From assembly GCA_049516875.1 (NCBI GenBank), contig JBEKSS010000007.1:64001-128000 (forward strand): 64,000 nt of DNA, in the 5' to 3' direction. Origin of the DNA: Candidatus Bathyarchaeia archaeon (GTDB lineage: Archaea; Thermoproteota; Bathyarchaeia; Bathyarchaeales; Bathycorpusculaceae). Numbering within the stretch: the first letter of the stretch is position 1; each line of letters starts with the position of its first letter. The translations under genes and the position numbers were made by a program. Below, piece after piece: positions 18,406 through 28,639 of this stretch. The notes under the pieces are model-generated. The model ran no database searches. It saw only the letters and a program-made list of their open reading frames with translations, and was not told the DNA's origin.

Positions 18406-21372
18406 TTACTCCTCCGCGCTTTCTTCTCCAGTGGAGACGACGATCACTTTCAACTTGATCAAGACGACAACTATGACTGCGATGATGACAGGGATGATAA
18501 TCAAGAGCATGGTTACCAGAGGCCAACCTCCCTCGTTATGCGTGGCGGCTACTGGAATCACATTTATTGTGGTTTGGTTCCCATTTCCAATGTACCCGTT
18601 CTTAGTGACGTTGGCAATTATGACGACGGGCAACTGTACGGTTGTCGATGGGGCATTGAACGCGAATGTACAGGTTCCGTTCGAATCAGTGAATCCAGTC
18701 GTGACGGAAAAGTTTCCAGCGCTGGTCGAAATGGTGACCTGTGCCCCTACAACGGGTCTTGAGTTGGATGTAGCGCTTATAGTCAGGATAGCACTGTTGT
18801 CTGGCATGATTGCATACGAGCTGGCGGTGACTTGAACACTCATGTTTCCAGCGTTATCTGTTAGCGTCAGGGAGTCCTGTCCGTCAGCGTATCCTGTTTT
18901 TGAGCATTGAGCCCTGATGACGATGTCCGTGGGCGCATTGGCTTGAGGTGTCGTGAAAACGAAGTAGGCAAATCCATAGTCATCCGTTGTTCCGTTGGGC
19001 TGCGAGAAGTTTCCTCCGTTTTCAGAGGTCACCGTGACGTTGACGTTTTGAACTGGAGCGAGGTTGTAGGTTACGTGTACGGTTACAGATACGTTGGATT
19101 CTGAAATCGCAGCGTAGTTGCCGGCTGTCAGGTACACGATGAGCACTTTTGGCACTATGGTTATGACGGTTTGGATTGCTCCGTCTATGTAGTGGCTCTT
19201 TGTTGCCGTTGCCGTTACCGTAGCGTTGACCGTGGATGTTGTTAGGGGTGCTGTGAAAGGAAATGTGGCCATGCCGTTTGAATTTGTGATTCCTGTGGTT
19301 GAACTGAAGTTTCCTGTGCTGCCTGATGATACGGTGACGTTTGCGTTCGGTACAGGATTTGCGTCGCACGTTACGAGGGCAGTTACAGTTGTGTTTCCTT
19401 CAGAAGTGATTGTGGCAAGGTTAGGAGTCAGTTCTACGGCTAGCACGTTCTGAAGCACGGTTATTGTTTCTTGATCGTGTCCGTCTGTGTATCCTACACA
19501 TTGGGCTGTCACGGTGATTGTGACGTTCACTGGGCTAAGCGTGTAAGGAGCAGTGAAATTTAATGTCAAGCTGCCGTCTGTGCCCGTGACCCCCGTGCCT
19601 GCCGAGAGTGTTCCGTTATCTACGGCTGTCGTCAGTGAAGCATTGATGACGGGTTGGGCGAGGCCGTTTGTGACGTGGAAGATTGCGGTCACGGTCGCTT
19701 CAGACTTGACTGTTGCTGGGTCCGTGCTTAACTGAGTGTGCAGCATTGGAAGAACCTTCAGATACTCGTGGCAAGAACCGTCCGCGTATCCGGCTTCGGT
19801 GGCTGTGGCAATCAACCTGACGTACGATATGTCTGTAACGTTCGGCGCAGTGAAGGTTGTGGAAAAGTGGCCGGTTTGATCTGTCACACCTGATGCTGGT
19901 GAGAAACTTCCACCCTTCAACGCGAGCAGCGTAACAGCTGCATTCGCCATCCCGCCGGATGCGCTTGACACGTAGACTGTGACTGTGACGTTGCCGTTGT
20001 AATCGGCGACTTCGTTGCCAAGAGTCATCGAAACGCTTAGAGGAGTAAGATCTTGGACAGTTATTGTTGTTGCCACGTCTTGGCTTGTCGTGTTGAAATC
20101 GTCTATGACCTTTAGACTTGCGATGTAGGTTCCGACTGTGGAATATGTGTGGTTGAAGAGCGATAGGGTTGTCCATCCGCTGTTGTTTCCGTCTCCGAAG
20201 TCGAAGAAGTATTGGTCGACACGCCGATCGTCGTATGAGTTGGTACCGATGAACGTTACGTTCTGGTTTGGTGCAACCAGGCTCTTGTCGTTTTGAAGGA
20301 CTGCTGTTGGCGGTGCGTTGTTATAGCCGATAGGCGCTGACAAAAAGAATATGAAGTCAAGATTCACCCCGTTGCCGCCAACGCTGTTTCCTCTTCCGCT
20401 TGGGTTCAGCGAGCTGTGAAACGGGCCGCTCTCGTCGCCCCAATAATTGTACGTTGCATTTACACTAGCTGTGGGTGAAACATCCACGCCTACAGTATTG
20501 TTGTAAATATCGTTGAAGTGGGCTTCGTGGCCAATTCCGTTTTCGTAGAAGATTCCTTTGGTGTTGTTCGAAATGTAGTTGCGGGTAATGTATGTGCTCG
20601 CGTTTGTTGTCACGCTGAATCCATTGTTGTTTAATGAAACGTTGTTTTGAAGGATAGCCATATCGGAAAAGGCGTCGGCGCCAAGAACTATCCCGCTTTG
20701 GCCGTTGAGCAAGATATTGTTTTGCGTTATGTTTATTGTTCCCGTCAAGTTTCCTGCCAAGACGATGCCATCGCCGTTTGAGCTTATGAGGTTGTTTTCT
20801 ATTGTGACTTGGCTGTCTCCGGCTAAGTTGATGCCGTCCATGGTGTTGTTGGCTATCTCGTTGTTTTCAATGATTATGCTGCCGCCAGTTACAACCACCC
20901 CGTTCGAATTAAACCTCAAAAAGTTGTTTTCCAGGTTCAGAGAGCCGCTTTCTAATGTTACGCCGTCTGTTCCGTATTCGATCACGCAGTGCGTTATCGA
21001 GGACTGCTGCGTTCCGTTGATCAAGATTGTTCCCCAGTCTGCCGTGCTAGCATTCAGACTGTCGGATGTGAACAGTATCATTCTGTCATCCGTGCCGTCT
21101 GCAACAATTCTTCCATTCACCGTTATCGAGAAGTTTTCTCCAAATCTTACTTGAACGCTAGGCTCTATCGTTAGCGTTACGCCTGGGTTGACGATGACGT
21201 TATTTGAAACTATAAACGGACTGTCAACCAAAGTCCAATCTGTGTCCTGCGTTATGGTTCCTTCAACGTATGTTGCCCTGGCCGTGGGCAGAATCCTGTA
21301 TACACTGGCGAAGGAACTGAAAACAAAGACTATGGTAAATAAGATAAGTAATAGCTTGTATCGTTTATTCAT
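18406..21372 (-). CDS. Cell-surface protein: NosD-type right-handed beta-helix, PKD domain, ~5 Ig-like (Big_1) repeats, C-terminal TM anchor
   Basis: Sec signal; N-rich beta-helix repeats; FDFGDG PKD motif; repeated G(V/I/T/F)T(D/G/N)xxG...F.AP; C-terminal hydrophobic helix. Confidence 0.85.
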   Translation of the reverse strand: MNKRYKLLLILFTIVFVFSSFASVYRILPTARATYVEGTITQDTDWTLVDSPFIVSNNVIVNPGVTLTIEPSVQVRFGENFSITVNGRIVADGTDDRMILFTSDSLNASTADWGTILINGTQQSSITHCVIEYGTDGVTLESGSLNLENNFLRFNSNGVVVTGGSIIIENNEIANNTMDGINLAGDSQVTIENNLISSNGDGIVLAGNLTGTINITQNNILLNGQSGIVLGADAFSDMAILQNNVSLNNNGFSVTTNASTYITRNYISNNTKGIFYENGIGHEAHFNDIYNNTVGVDVSPTASVNATYNYWGDESGPFHSSLNPSGRGNSVGGNGVNLDFIFFLSAPIGYNNAPPTAVLQNDKSLVAPNQNVTFIGTNSYDDRRVDQYFFDFGDGNNSGWTTLSLFNHTYSTVGTYIASLKVIDDFNTTSQDVATTITVQDLTPLSVSMTLGNEVADYNGNVTVTVYVSSASGGMANAAVTLLALKGGSFSPASGVTDQTGHFSTTFTAPNVTDISYVRLIATATEAGYADGSCHEYLKVLPMLHTQLSTDPATVKSEATVTAIFHVTNGLAQPVINASLTTAVDNGTLSAGTGVTGTDGSLTLNFTAPYTLSPVNVTITVTAQCVGYTDGHDQETITVLQNVLAVELTPNLATITSEGNTTVTALVTCDANPVPNANVTVSSGSTGNFSSTTGITNSNGMATFPFTAPLTTSTVNATVTATATKSHYIDGAIQTVITIVPKVLIVYLTAGNYAAISESNVSVTVHVTYNLAPVQNVNVTVTSENGGNFSQPNGTTDDYGFAYFVFTTPQANAPTDIVIRAQCSKTGYADGQDSLTLTDNAGNMSVQVTASSYAIMPDNSAILTISATSNSRPVVGAQVTISTSAGNFSVTTGFTDSNGTCTFAFNAPSTTVQLPVVIIANVTKNGYIGNGNQTTINVIPVAATHNEGGWPLVTMLLIIIPVIIAVIVVVLIKLKVIVVSTGEESAEE

Positions 21373-21549
21373 GAGTATTCATCCGTTTTGCTGTTCAGGG
21401 TTATAGTATCCCTCTGGCAGGTGCTAGCTTAAGCGTTATGAATTGAGAATCATGCTTCGAAATCCGAACCGATTCTTCTTCCTGAGACTTCGGAATCGGC
21501 AATAGGTTTAACACTGTGAAGGGCATGTAGGACTCGACATGGAGGAGAT

Positions 21550-22326
21550 TTGGTGAGGAGTTTCACGGTGTTTGCTCTTGAAGGCTTCCCGTTGATAGGT
21601 TTTGGTGATGATTTGGCCAAGATCATCGTTGAAACTGCGCGGAAGGACGGGTTGGAGCTTGAAGATGGAGATGTGATTGTTGCTGCACAGAAGATTTTTT
21701 CCAAGGCTGAAGGGAGAGTGGTAAGACTGAGAGATGTCGTCGCTTCGAGAAAGGCTCAAAGGATGGCGAAGATTGTTGGGAAAGATCCGAGGTTCGTGGA
21801 GCTGGTATTGAGAGAGACTAAGAGGGTGCTGAAGGCTTCTCGTGACATATTGCTCGTCGAAGACGTTCGCGGCTTGGTGTGCATAAACGCCGGAATTGAC
21901 AAGTCAAACGTTCATGGAAGAGGCGAATTCGCACTCTTGCCCGAGAATCCTGACAGGTCGGCAGAGGAGTGCCGCAAGAGAATCCACCAGCTAACTGGAA
22001 GAGATGTTTCTGTGGTGATTTGTGACACTTACAGTCGCCCTTTCAGGCGGGGACAAGTAAATTTCGCGATAGGCATCGCAGGTATCAACCTGTTCAGAGA
22101 CTACAGGGGGACAAAAGATCTTTTTGGACGGATTCTCACGGTTAAAAACGTTGCCGTGGTTGATGAGATTGCGGCAGCGGCCGAACTGGTCATGGGCCAG
22201 GCGAAAGAGGGAAGGCCGGTTGTCATTTTCAAGGGACTAGACAGGTCTGTAGTCTTGCGTGAAAAATGCGACATTGAAGAAGTGTTTATTTCGAGAAAGG
22301 AGGATCTTTTCCGAAACGTACTGTGA
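21550..22326 (+). CDS. cofE: Coenzyme F420-0:L-glutamate ligase
   Basis: QKIFSKAEGR, NAGIDKSN, LLPENPD, DTYSRPFRRG, DEIAAAAELVMGQ. Confidence 0.92.
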   Translation: MVRSFTVFALEGFPLIGFGDDLAKIIVETARKDGLELEDGDVIVAAQKIFSKAEGRVVRLRDVVASRKAQRMAKIVGKDPRFVELVLRETKRVLKASRDILLVEDVRGLVCINAGIDKSNVHGRGEFALLPENPDRSAEECRKRIHQLTGRDVSVVICDTYSRPFRRGQVNFAIGIAGINLFRDYRGTKDLFGRILTVKNVAVVDEIAAAAELVMGQAKEGRPVVIFKGLDRSVVLREKCDIEEVFISRKEDLFRNVL

Positions 22327-22526
22327 CCGCGACGGTGGGAAGCTTGCGTTCACAACACTGTCCCGGTGGCGTTTCGATTTTTTGTTTTTTCTCCAGACTT
22401 CTAAACAAGCAAGGTCAGAGCCGTGCAAGCGCATGCGGCGTATTCTCTTTTTTTCGAATGGAAAGACTTTTAAACGGACTAGCTAAGACTATAGAAGGAC
22501 GAAATTAAATATGAGAGGAATGAAAA

Positions 22527-25004
22527 TTGAACTTGAAGAAATACACTAGGAATACATCGATGTTGATTTTGGCATTACTACTGATATGCTCAGCTTTTTT
22601 GGTACCTTCACTAGGTTTCATCTCTAACAAAACAAGCGCAGGAGCGGACTATGTTGTACTTGAAGGCGTTGCGGGTAGCGACTACTACGACAGTATGCAG
22701 TATTCTTACAAAATAAACCAATGGGCCTACGATCAACAAATCAGCGGCTACAGCGCGGCCCCTAACCCAAGCCAAGATTATTTTGATGCAGGCAAGAGTC
22801 TGAGGGTAGGTCTGACAGAGTACGGTGAAATTTGCACTCCACAAGGAGGAATTGCCTATGGGGCAAATAGCACTGAATGGGCAAACACCGAGTCTTGGTC
22901 TTCTACAGACATCAATCCGAAATACTACATTCAAGGTTGGGTATTCTACATGAACTACACGAGGCAAGGCATAACGCGAGTAGTGGAAGCCTACGCATTA
23001 TACAGTGACCTAACAACCACTGAGGGTGCACGAAAGGTGTACAGCTGGTATGGCCAATACCTGCCAAATGACCCTCTCGCAGTCCTCACAGGAAATGGTA
23101 CATTGATTCCAAGCGGTGTTACAATACTGTATGACAGTGCAAGACTTGCCATCGCTAGAGCTTCTGTCACCATTCACGATGGATTCAACGACGAAGACGT
23201 TGCACAAGTTATCTTGACGGCGGTCTTCGAAAAAGACACGAAGTACGTTATACTCTACAAGGATGTCAAGATTCTGCTTGACGCCAAGGTCTTAGACTTC
23301 ATAAGTGACTTCAGCTTCGGCGAGAGATACGAAATAGACGTTGCAAGGGGAGTAAACCCCTCGAACGGGGCCTTCACAGCGTGGTTCCCCAACAACATCA
23401 CAAGCGTCTACCAGCACCCATTGACCGGAACAAACACCGTTGACATTTCACAGGCCTATGATCCAGCAAGACAATACCAGTTCTTTAGTGCTTATTGGCC
23501 AAATACGACCGAACACACAAACTACTCCCCGCTGATCCCAGATCTGCCTGATGGCTATACAAGAGTGCTTCCTGTTGGATGGCTCCAAAACGACATACTT
23601 CATCCACCAAATGGTCCAGGTGAACCAAGTACACCGTGGAATATTGCGCAATGGCGGTACAACAGCACAGCTTATCCAAAACTTTTGACGTGGCTTGCCA
23701 AGGCACCCAACCGACAGATTAGATTTGTCGAAGTGGTTGGCATGAGCGACGTCAACGTTGATCCGCATCCCATAATGGATACAGACGCTGCTACGTTCAA
23801 CACTACTGACCAAGTCGACGTAGAAGCCCTATACTTGCTGAACCAGGTGTTCAACCCAGAAGATTTGAACAGTCTAGCCGGAACAGCAACCACGGGCCTG
23901 AATCCATTCATGTGGACTGGATTGGGACAAAGTGCTGCTACGACAGACAGTGGAGGCGCCGGGCTAGTTGGAAGCAACGGTTACGGTTACTATGCAAACG
24001 CATTCACACTGTTCGACAGGAACGACACAATGTTCCCATACATCGCCCCAGTAGTAGGAATGAAGGGAAGTATACCCTACGGCCTGTATGACTTCGGAGG
24101 AAACTACTTTGAACAATTCAGCAACAGCGGCAAAGGAACCGGTAATGATGCAACAACCTACAAACGAACAGCCCTCAAGGGCTTCGCGTTCGGAGTCTAC
24201 GACGACGTCACCAGCAGTCCACCTCAACCAATAGCAGGCGGCTTGTCAAGCCTGACAGCCGAGGACTTATACTACTGGTATCCGTCCAAAGATCCATTGA
24301 CTGAAAGATGGCTAGGCGAGGGTACCTCATGGTCCATGGTAGGCTACGCAGGTGTAGACTACCATCCGAACGGAATACTCAGCTTAGGCGGTATGAAAGC
24401 TAACGGTCTGACGAGGTACTTCAACGACTTCAACTTCGCCATAAGCAGAGAGGGAACATCAGCATATGCACTTGTCAACGGCGGTTCGGTCACTGGATCG
24501 GCCCCGACGAGTGACAGCGCACTTGCGACATACGACTACTATCCAGTATCATCGTGGGCAGTGAATAAGACAGCGTTTGGCTTCAAAGAAGGTTATGCAG
24601 TGATAGCTTTAGCAAGAGACATCAACGGAACAAGAGGTCTTTCAGTGTACGGTTGGGACGGAAGAGACACCTTCTGGGCGACTGCATGGGCTTCACAGTA
24701 CATCACAGGCACTACGACAGGCTGGCTACCCACAGGGACAGTTGCCCTGATACTGAACATGACATATCCTGGCGGAAGCAGCGAACCAACAGCATTCACT
24801 GTCGTAAAAGCCTTAGGCACCATCACGGAATTCGGAAGCAATAACTTCCTCGTGAGGCAGGGCTCGTTTGACAGAGGCGTAGCATGGACCGGCGGAGTAG
24901 CCGTACCATCAACACCAGCGAGTTGGGGCACGGAATCCCAATATGTCTGGTGGTATCAAAAACTTAGCGCAACATCAACAGCGGCAATAGAGTTCGACCC
25001 ATAA
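22527..25004 (+). CDS. Large secreted glycoprotein, putative S-layer/major surface protein
   Basis: Signal peptide, 825 aa rich in T/G/Y/D, many sequons, C-ending codon bias, own T-rich terminator. Confidence 0.55.
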   Translation: MNLKKYTRNTSMLILALLLICSAFLVPSLGFISNKTSAGADYVVLEGVAGSDYYDSMQYSYKINQWAYDQQISGYSAAPNPSQDYFDAGKSLRVGLTEYGEICTPQGGIAYGANSTEWANTESWSSTDINPKYYIQGWVFYMNYTRQGITRVVEAYALYSDLTTTEGARKVYSWYGQYLPNDPLAVLTGNGTLIPSGVTILYDSARLAIARASVTIHDGFNDEDVAQVILTAVFEKDTKYVILYKDVKILLDAKVLDFISDFSFGERYEIDVARGVNPSNGAFTAWFPNNITSVYQHPLTGTNTVDISQAYDPARQYQFFSAYWPNTTEHTNYSPLIPDLPDGYTRVLPVGWLQNDILHPPNGPGEPSTPWNIAQWRYNSTAYPKLLTWLAKAPNRQIRFVEVVGMSDVNVDPHPIMDTDAATFNTTDQVDVEALYLLNQVFNPEDLNSLAGTATTGLNPFMWTGLGQSAATTDSGGAGLVGSNGYGYYANAFTLFDRNDTMFPYIAPVVGMKGSIPYGLYDFGGNYFEQFSNSGKGTGNDATTYKRTALKGFAFGVYDDVTSSPPQPIAGGLSSLTAEDLYYWYPSKDPLTERWLGEGTSWSMVGYAGVDYHPNGILSLGGMKANGLTRYFNDFNFAISREGTSAYALVNGGSVTGSAPTSDSALATYDYYPVSSWAVNKTAFGFKEGYAVIALARDINGTRGLSVYGWDGRDTFWATAWASQYITGTTTGWLPTGTVALILNMTYPGGSSEPTAFTVVKALGTITEFGSNNFLVRQGSFDRGVAWTGGVAVPSTPASWGTESQYVWWYQKLSATSTAAIEFDP

Positions 25005-25014
25005 AAACAAGAAT

Positions 25015-25040
25015 CCTCTTCTTTTTCTTTCCATATTTTT
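25015..25040 (+). terminator. Pyrimidine/T-rich archaeal terminator
   Basis: cctcttctttttctttccatattttt directly after the stop at 25004. Confidence 0.5.
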
Positions 25041-25050
25041 ATATCGACGA

Positions 25051-26286
25051 TTGCTTTCTGAAGTGAGTACGCGGCGCAGGCGATTCATTACGTTGAAGCA
25101 GTGGCTGACTATTTTACTGTTCGTTCTTCTCTTCGTTAGTCAAGCATATGCAAGCCATATCAGCTTGGGAGAGGGGACAACACTTTCATATCAATACGCG
25201 AGAATAGGTACATCTTACCCATATTCCTCTACAAGAGGAAATGCCACGGTGAAAATGTTGGTGTCAAACCAGACAACTCTACTTATGCAAACAAGCACGA
25301 CCGAATCAAACACGCCTGTGGATATGCGTATAGAATATTCCAATGGGATTCCCGTGTACACTGATTATATTGAAGCCTTGTACTATCTTCCTCCTGAATG
25401 TATGAGTCAAAGCTTGCATGGGAATCTTAACTGGACAACGCGAATGGCAACCAGTAAGGCTGAAGTCGTCACTGGATGGGCTTCTCAGAACCTGAACTTG
25501 ACGGTGGAGGCAGGCAGCTTTGAAAGTCTCAACATCACTCTTTCCGTTCTTGCAGGATTAGACTCTGGAGCGCTGACGCTTGTCTATGATGTAAACTCGG
25601 GAATAATGATATATGAACAGTGGATTCCAGTTTCGGGAAGCCAAATCTCTGGGGATATCATCGTATTCTCGCTGAATGCGGTTATCTCTCCACCTGAAAC
25701 ACGGCAGACAATTGTCAATTCTCTCTTAGCAGCAACGGTTTTTGCCACTCCGACGGCAATGCTTCTCCATCTGATTGCCAAAGCTCTCAGGAGAAAACAC
25801 GGCAGCGGAGCGTTAGAACACATTGGCCTCAGACCTAGGGACGGGTTTCCAGCGAGACCAATGTATTTACTCGTCTTGGGCGGCTTACTAACCATGGCTT
25901 CGACGATGCTTCCGTGGGGAAAGTCGGCTGGATTGCAAGCGTACTTGCCCCTAAGCCTCTCTTCAGCCTTAGCTGGATCAGATACAATCTCCATATCCAG
26001 TCCCGCCTTTCTGACGACAAGTTTATTGGTTCACACGAGCGCTATATTGGCTTGGCTAAGCATCGCCATACACATCTATACTCACAAAACAATCGATGCA
26101 CAGGCCGTTACAATTGCTGCAAGCGCTGTGTCCTTCATGTCCGCAATTGTCTTCTTGCAAACCAGTTTGACAGTCTCATTTGGCCTGCCAGTCACCTTAC
26201 TCGCTGGTGCCCTCTTGCTAGGAGGCACAAGAATTACTAAATTCACCACAAGAAAGAGCAACATAAGCAACATCAAAGAGTCGTAG
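25051..26286 (+). CDS. Hypothetical membrane protein (extracellular domain plus ~5 C-terminal TM helices)
   Basis: 411-aa ORF, signal peptide, hydrophobic C-terminal half. Confidence 0.6.
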   Translation: MLSEVSTRRRRFITLKQWLTILLFVLLFVSQAYASHISLGEGTTLSYQYARIGTSYPYSSTRGNATVKMLVSNQTTLLMQTSTTESNTPVDMRIEYSNGIPVYTDYIEALYYLPPECMSQSLHGNLNWTTRMATSKAEVVTGWASQNLNLTVEAGSFESLNITLSVLAGLDSGALTLVYDVNSGIMIYEQWIPVSGSQISGDIIVFSLNAVISPPETRQTIVNSLLAATVFATPTAMLLHLIAKALRRKHGSGALEHIGLRPRDGFPARPMYLLVLGGLLTMASTMLPWGKSAGLQAYLPLSLSSALAGSDTISISSPAFLTTSLLVHTSAILAWLSIAIHIYTHKTIDAQAVTIAASAVSFMSAIVFLQTSLTVSFGLPVTLLAGALLLGGTRITKFTTRKSNISNIKES

Positions 26287-26714
26287 ATCATAGGCAAAGT
26301 TTGTCTTCAGACTTTCTCGAATGTGTATGGACAAAGCGCGCGCACTAAGAAGGGAATTGCAGTCGATGGGTTTCACCGTGCGGCATCATTAATCGTCAGA
26401 GCTGATGTACCTTGATCGTCGTCACGGAAATATCTGTCGTGGAACAAAAGACCACGGAAGAATCTGCCTAATTCGTGCTTTTTTCACTCCAATCACGCGG
26501 GATTTTCCCTTAAGTTTTCGATTGTTCTGTTCAAATTCGGCAATGGCGTACGCCCAGAAACTGTTACTAATTCTTCGTGCGGTGTAAGGTCCTTTGTGAC
26601 TGCGCGAAGTAGATTATATAAAGTTGAAAGATACTCTAGGAAACACCGACGAAGTGAAGTCAGCTGATGGATGATTCTTGAGCGCGCGCTAATGAAAGCC
26701 GTAGTTTCATCCGT

Positions 26715-28085
26715 TTAGCGCGCACTGATCCGAGTGTCAGTTCTGGCTATCGAGCGCATGATTCTTCGCATCATAATCCACCGAAGGAAACCAATCGCGT
26801 ATTTGCTGCCCTTGTATCTTGCTGAAAAATAACAATGGAGAAAGGTCGAATGTCGATAACCTAGTGCGGATACAGGCCTGTCCAGATCAAAGGTCTTAAA
26901 CCATTCGAAAAATTCTCTTGCGCCTTGTATTCCATTCCCAGTTTCTTTTCCATTGTCTAAGATGTCCATGATGTTGTTTTGCATATCTTTCCATTCCCCA
27001 CGAAGTAAAGACTGATCTGAGGTCAGTACACCGTAGCTCAGACGGGTTTTAATCAGCTTGAACGCATCTTCGGGCCTTAGTGAAAAGTTGCTCCTTGCGG
27101 GATCAATATTCGCCAATGCCAATTCTGCTATAGTTCTTAGACATTTCTCGCATACACAGCAATTGAGAGCCTGAGGGGCCCTAGGAGTTGCAAAGAATCT
27201 GGCGCTTGAGCCGCAAACAATCAAATTAGAAAAGTAACGAGAATTACCGTTTAAGATGCGCTGCGCTTTTTCAAGTCGAGTTAGTTCATGGTTGTCATAA
27301 ACCACTCTTGTGTTGCCTACAGAAACATCAGCGAGATGGAACAAAAAGGATCCATTTGGTTCCCAGACGTTCTTGCAGTCAGACGAGGCGACCAGAAGCG
27401 TTCCAAACTGAGGCGTGAGTAGAGGGCTTGCTGCACCAACCAGAAGCAAACCATGCGAAACCGCTAAACACCAAGTGAATCCCGCTGGGAGAAAATTCTT
27501 ATCCAGCAATTCACTATTGATTAGTTCACTTGCATTTGTTTTGACAAAATGAATATCCAGTCCTTCTTGATTCGCGAAGTCTTGAAGTTTGCTTTTTACC
27601 AGATTCCAGTATCTATGTTCGCAAGTGGGAATGTCGACTCCCCATATAGAAATCAAATCAGGCTTCTGCTCCTTATGCCGCAAATACGACGTCAACGAAT
27701 CAAGACCCCCAGTAAACAGCAGAGCAACTCGTTTGCCTGAAGAAGCATCAGAAACAATATGGTCCACATGTATTTCTGTTGAGAACGAAAATCGAGGAAA
27801 CCATTTTCTGAATGTTGACTCCACATTCTTGAGAGATCTTAGAAAACAAGCATCTGCACTTTCCAGATAGACATCAGCCCCTACAGCCCATGCGACTGGG
27901 ACAACAACTGAAAGCGCTGGAATGGACAGAATACTCTTATTGATTTTCTCTATATTTTGATCAAACGTCAAGAAAAGACGATCCCCATTGAAGTATCTTC
28001 TGATTTTATCCGAAAAGTAAAACTTAACAAAAAGCCTATTGTCAACAGCCCGCAAATCATCTACTCTAATAAACTCTTTGCTCAA
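26715..28085 (-). CDS. PP-loop (adenine nucleotide alpha-hydrolase/QueC-like fold) protein in glycosylation locus
   Basis: LLFTGGLDS PP-loop and C-terminal C...NCCVCEKCLRT Zn motif. Confidence 0.65.
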   Translation of the reverse strand: MSKEFIRVDDLRAVDNRLFVKFYFSDKIRRYFNGDRLFLTFDQNIEKINKSILSIPALSVVVPVAWAVGADVYLESADACFLRSLKNVESTFRKWFPRFSFSTEIHVDHIVSDASSGKRVALLFTGGLDSLTSYLRHKEQKPDLISIWGVDIPTCEHRYWNLVKSKLQDFANQEGLDIHFVKTNASELINSELLDKNFLPAGFTWCLAVSHGLLLVGAASPLLTPQFGTLLVASSDCKNVWEPNGSFLFHLADVSVGNTRVVYDNHELTRLEKAQRILNGNSRYFSNLIVCGSSARFFATPRAPQALNCCVCEKCLRTIAELALANIDPARSNFSLRPEDAFKLIKTRLSYGVLTSDQSLLRGEWKDMQNNIMDILDNGKETGNGIQGAREFFEWFKTFDLDRPVSALGYRHSTFLHCYFSARYKGSKYAIGFLRWIMMRRIMRSIARTDTRISAR

Positions 28086-28639
28086 AGCTTCACCACCAAC
28101 ATCCTCAAACGGGCACTGTAGCTGTCAATTCGATCGATTGGAACTTTGGGCCCTGCACCTGAACACGCGAACGTAGTCACACTAGCCTTCCTAGCCATCC
28201 CGGATGCCTCTGCACAAATATTGTATATCAAGATTTAATATGATATTCCTCCAACAGAATGTATCAAAAAACGATAGGTCCCGAAAGCTGTCTCTCGACC
28301 AATCGATCAAAACAAAGATGATTCACGCGCACTACTCTAGCGCGCGCGGGGCGTTTTGATGCTTGCAAGCGCATTTGCAACAATGGGCAAAAGAATGTGA
28401 AAGGCTAAAAGTGACCGCGTCTTCTGTCATTCGGCGTCAGAGTCTCAACCTTGGCGACGGGATGTCAACTTCACGCGAAGGATTTCCCCTAGACCTTTTT
28501 CAACTCTTTTATCTTCACTCACTGAGCGGATTGTTTGAAGGCGCTGATATGTTTATATAAATTGCACGGCTATCTGAGTTGTGACCTGTAGCTGATTTAG
28601 CGTGTAAACTCCCATACACTGGGGTTCGAGGGCGTCCTG

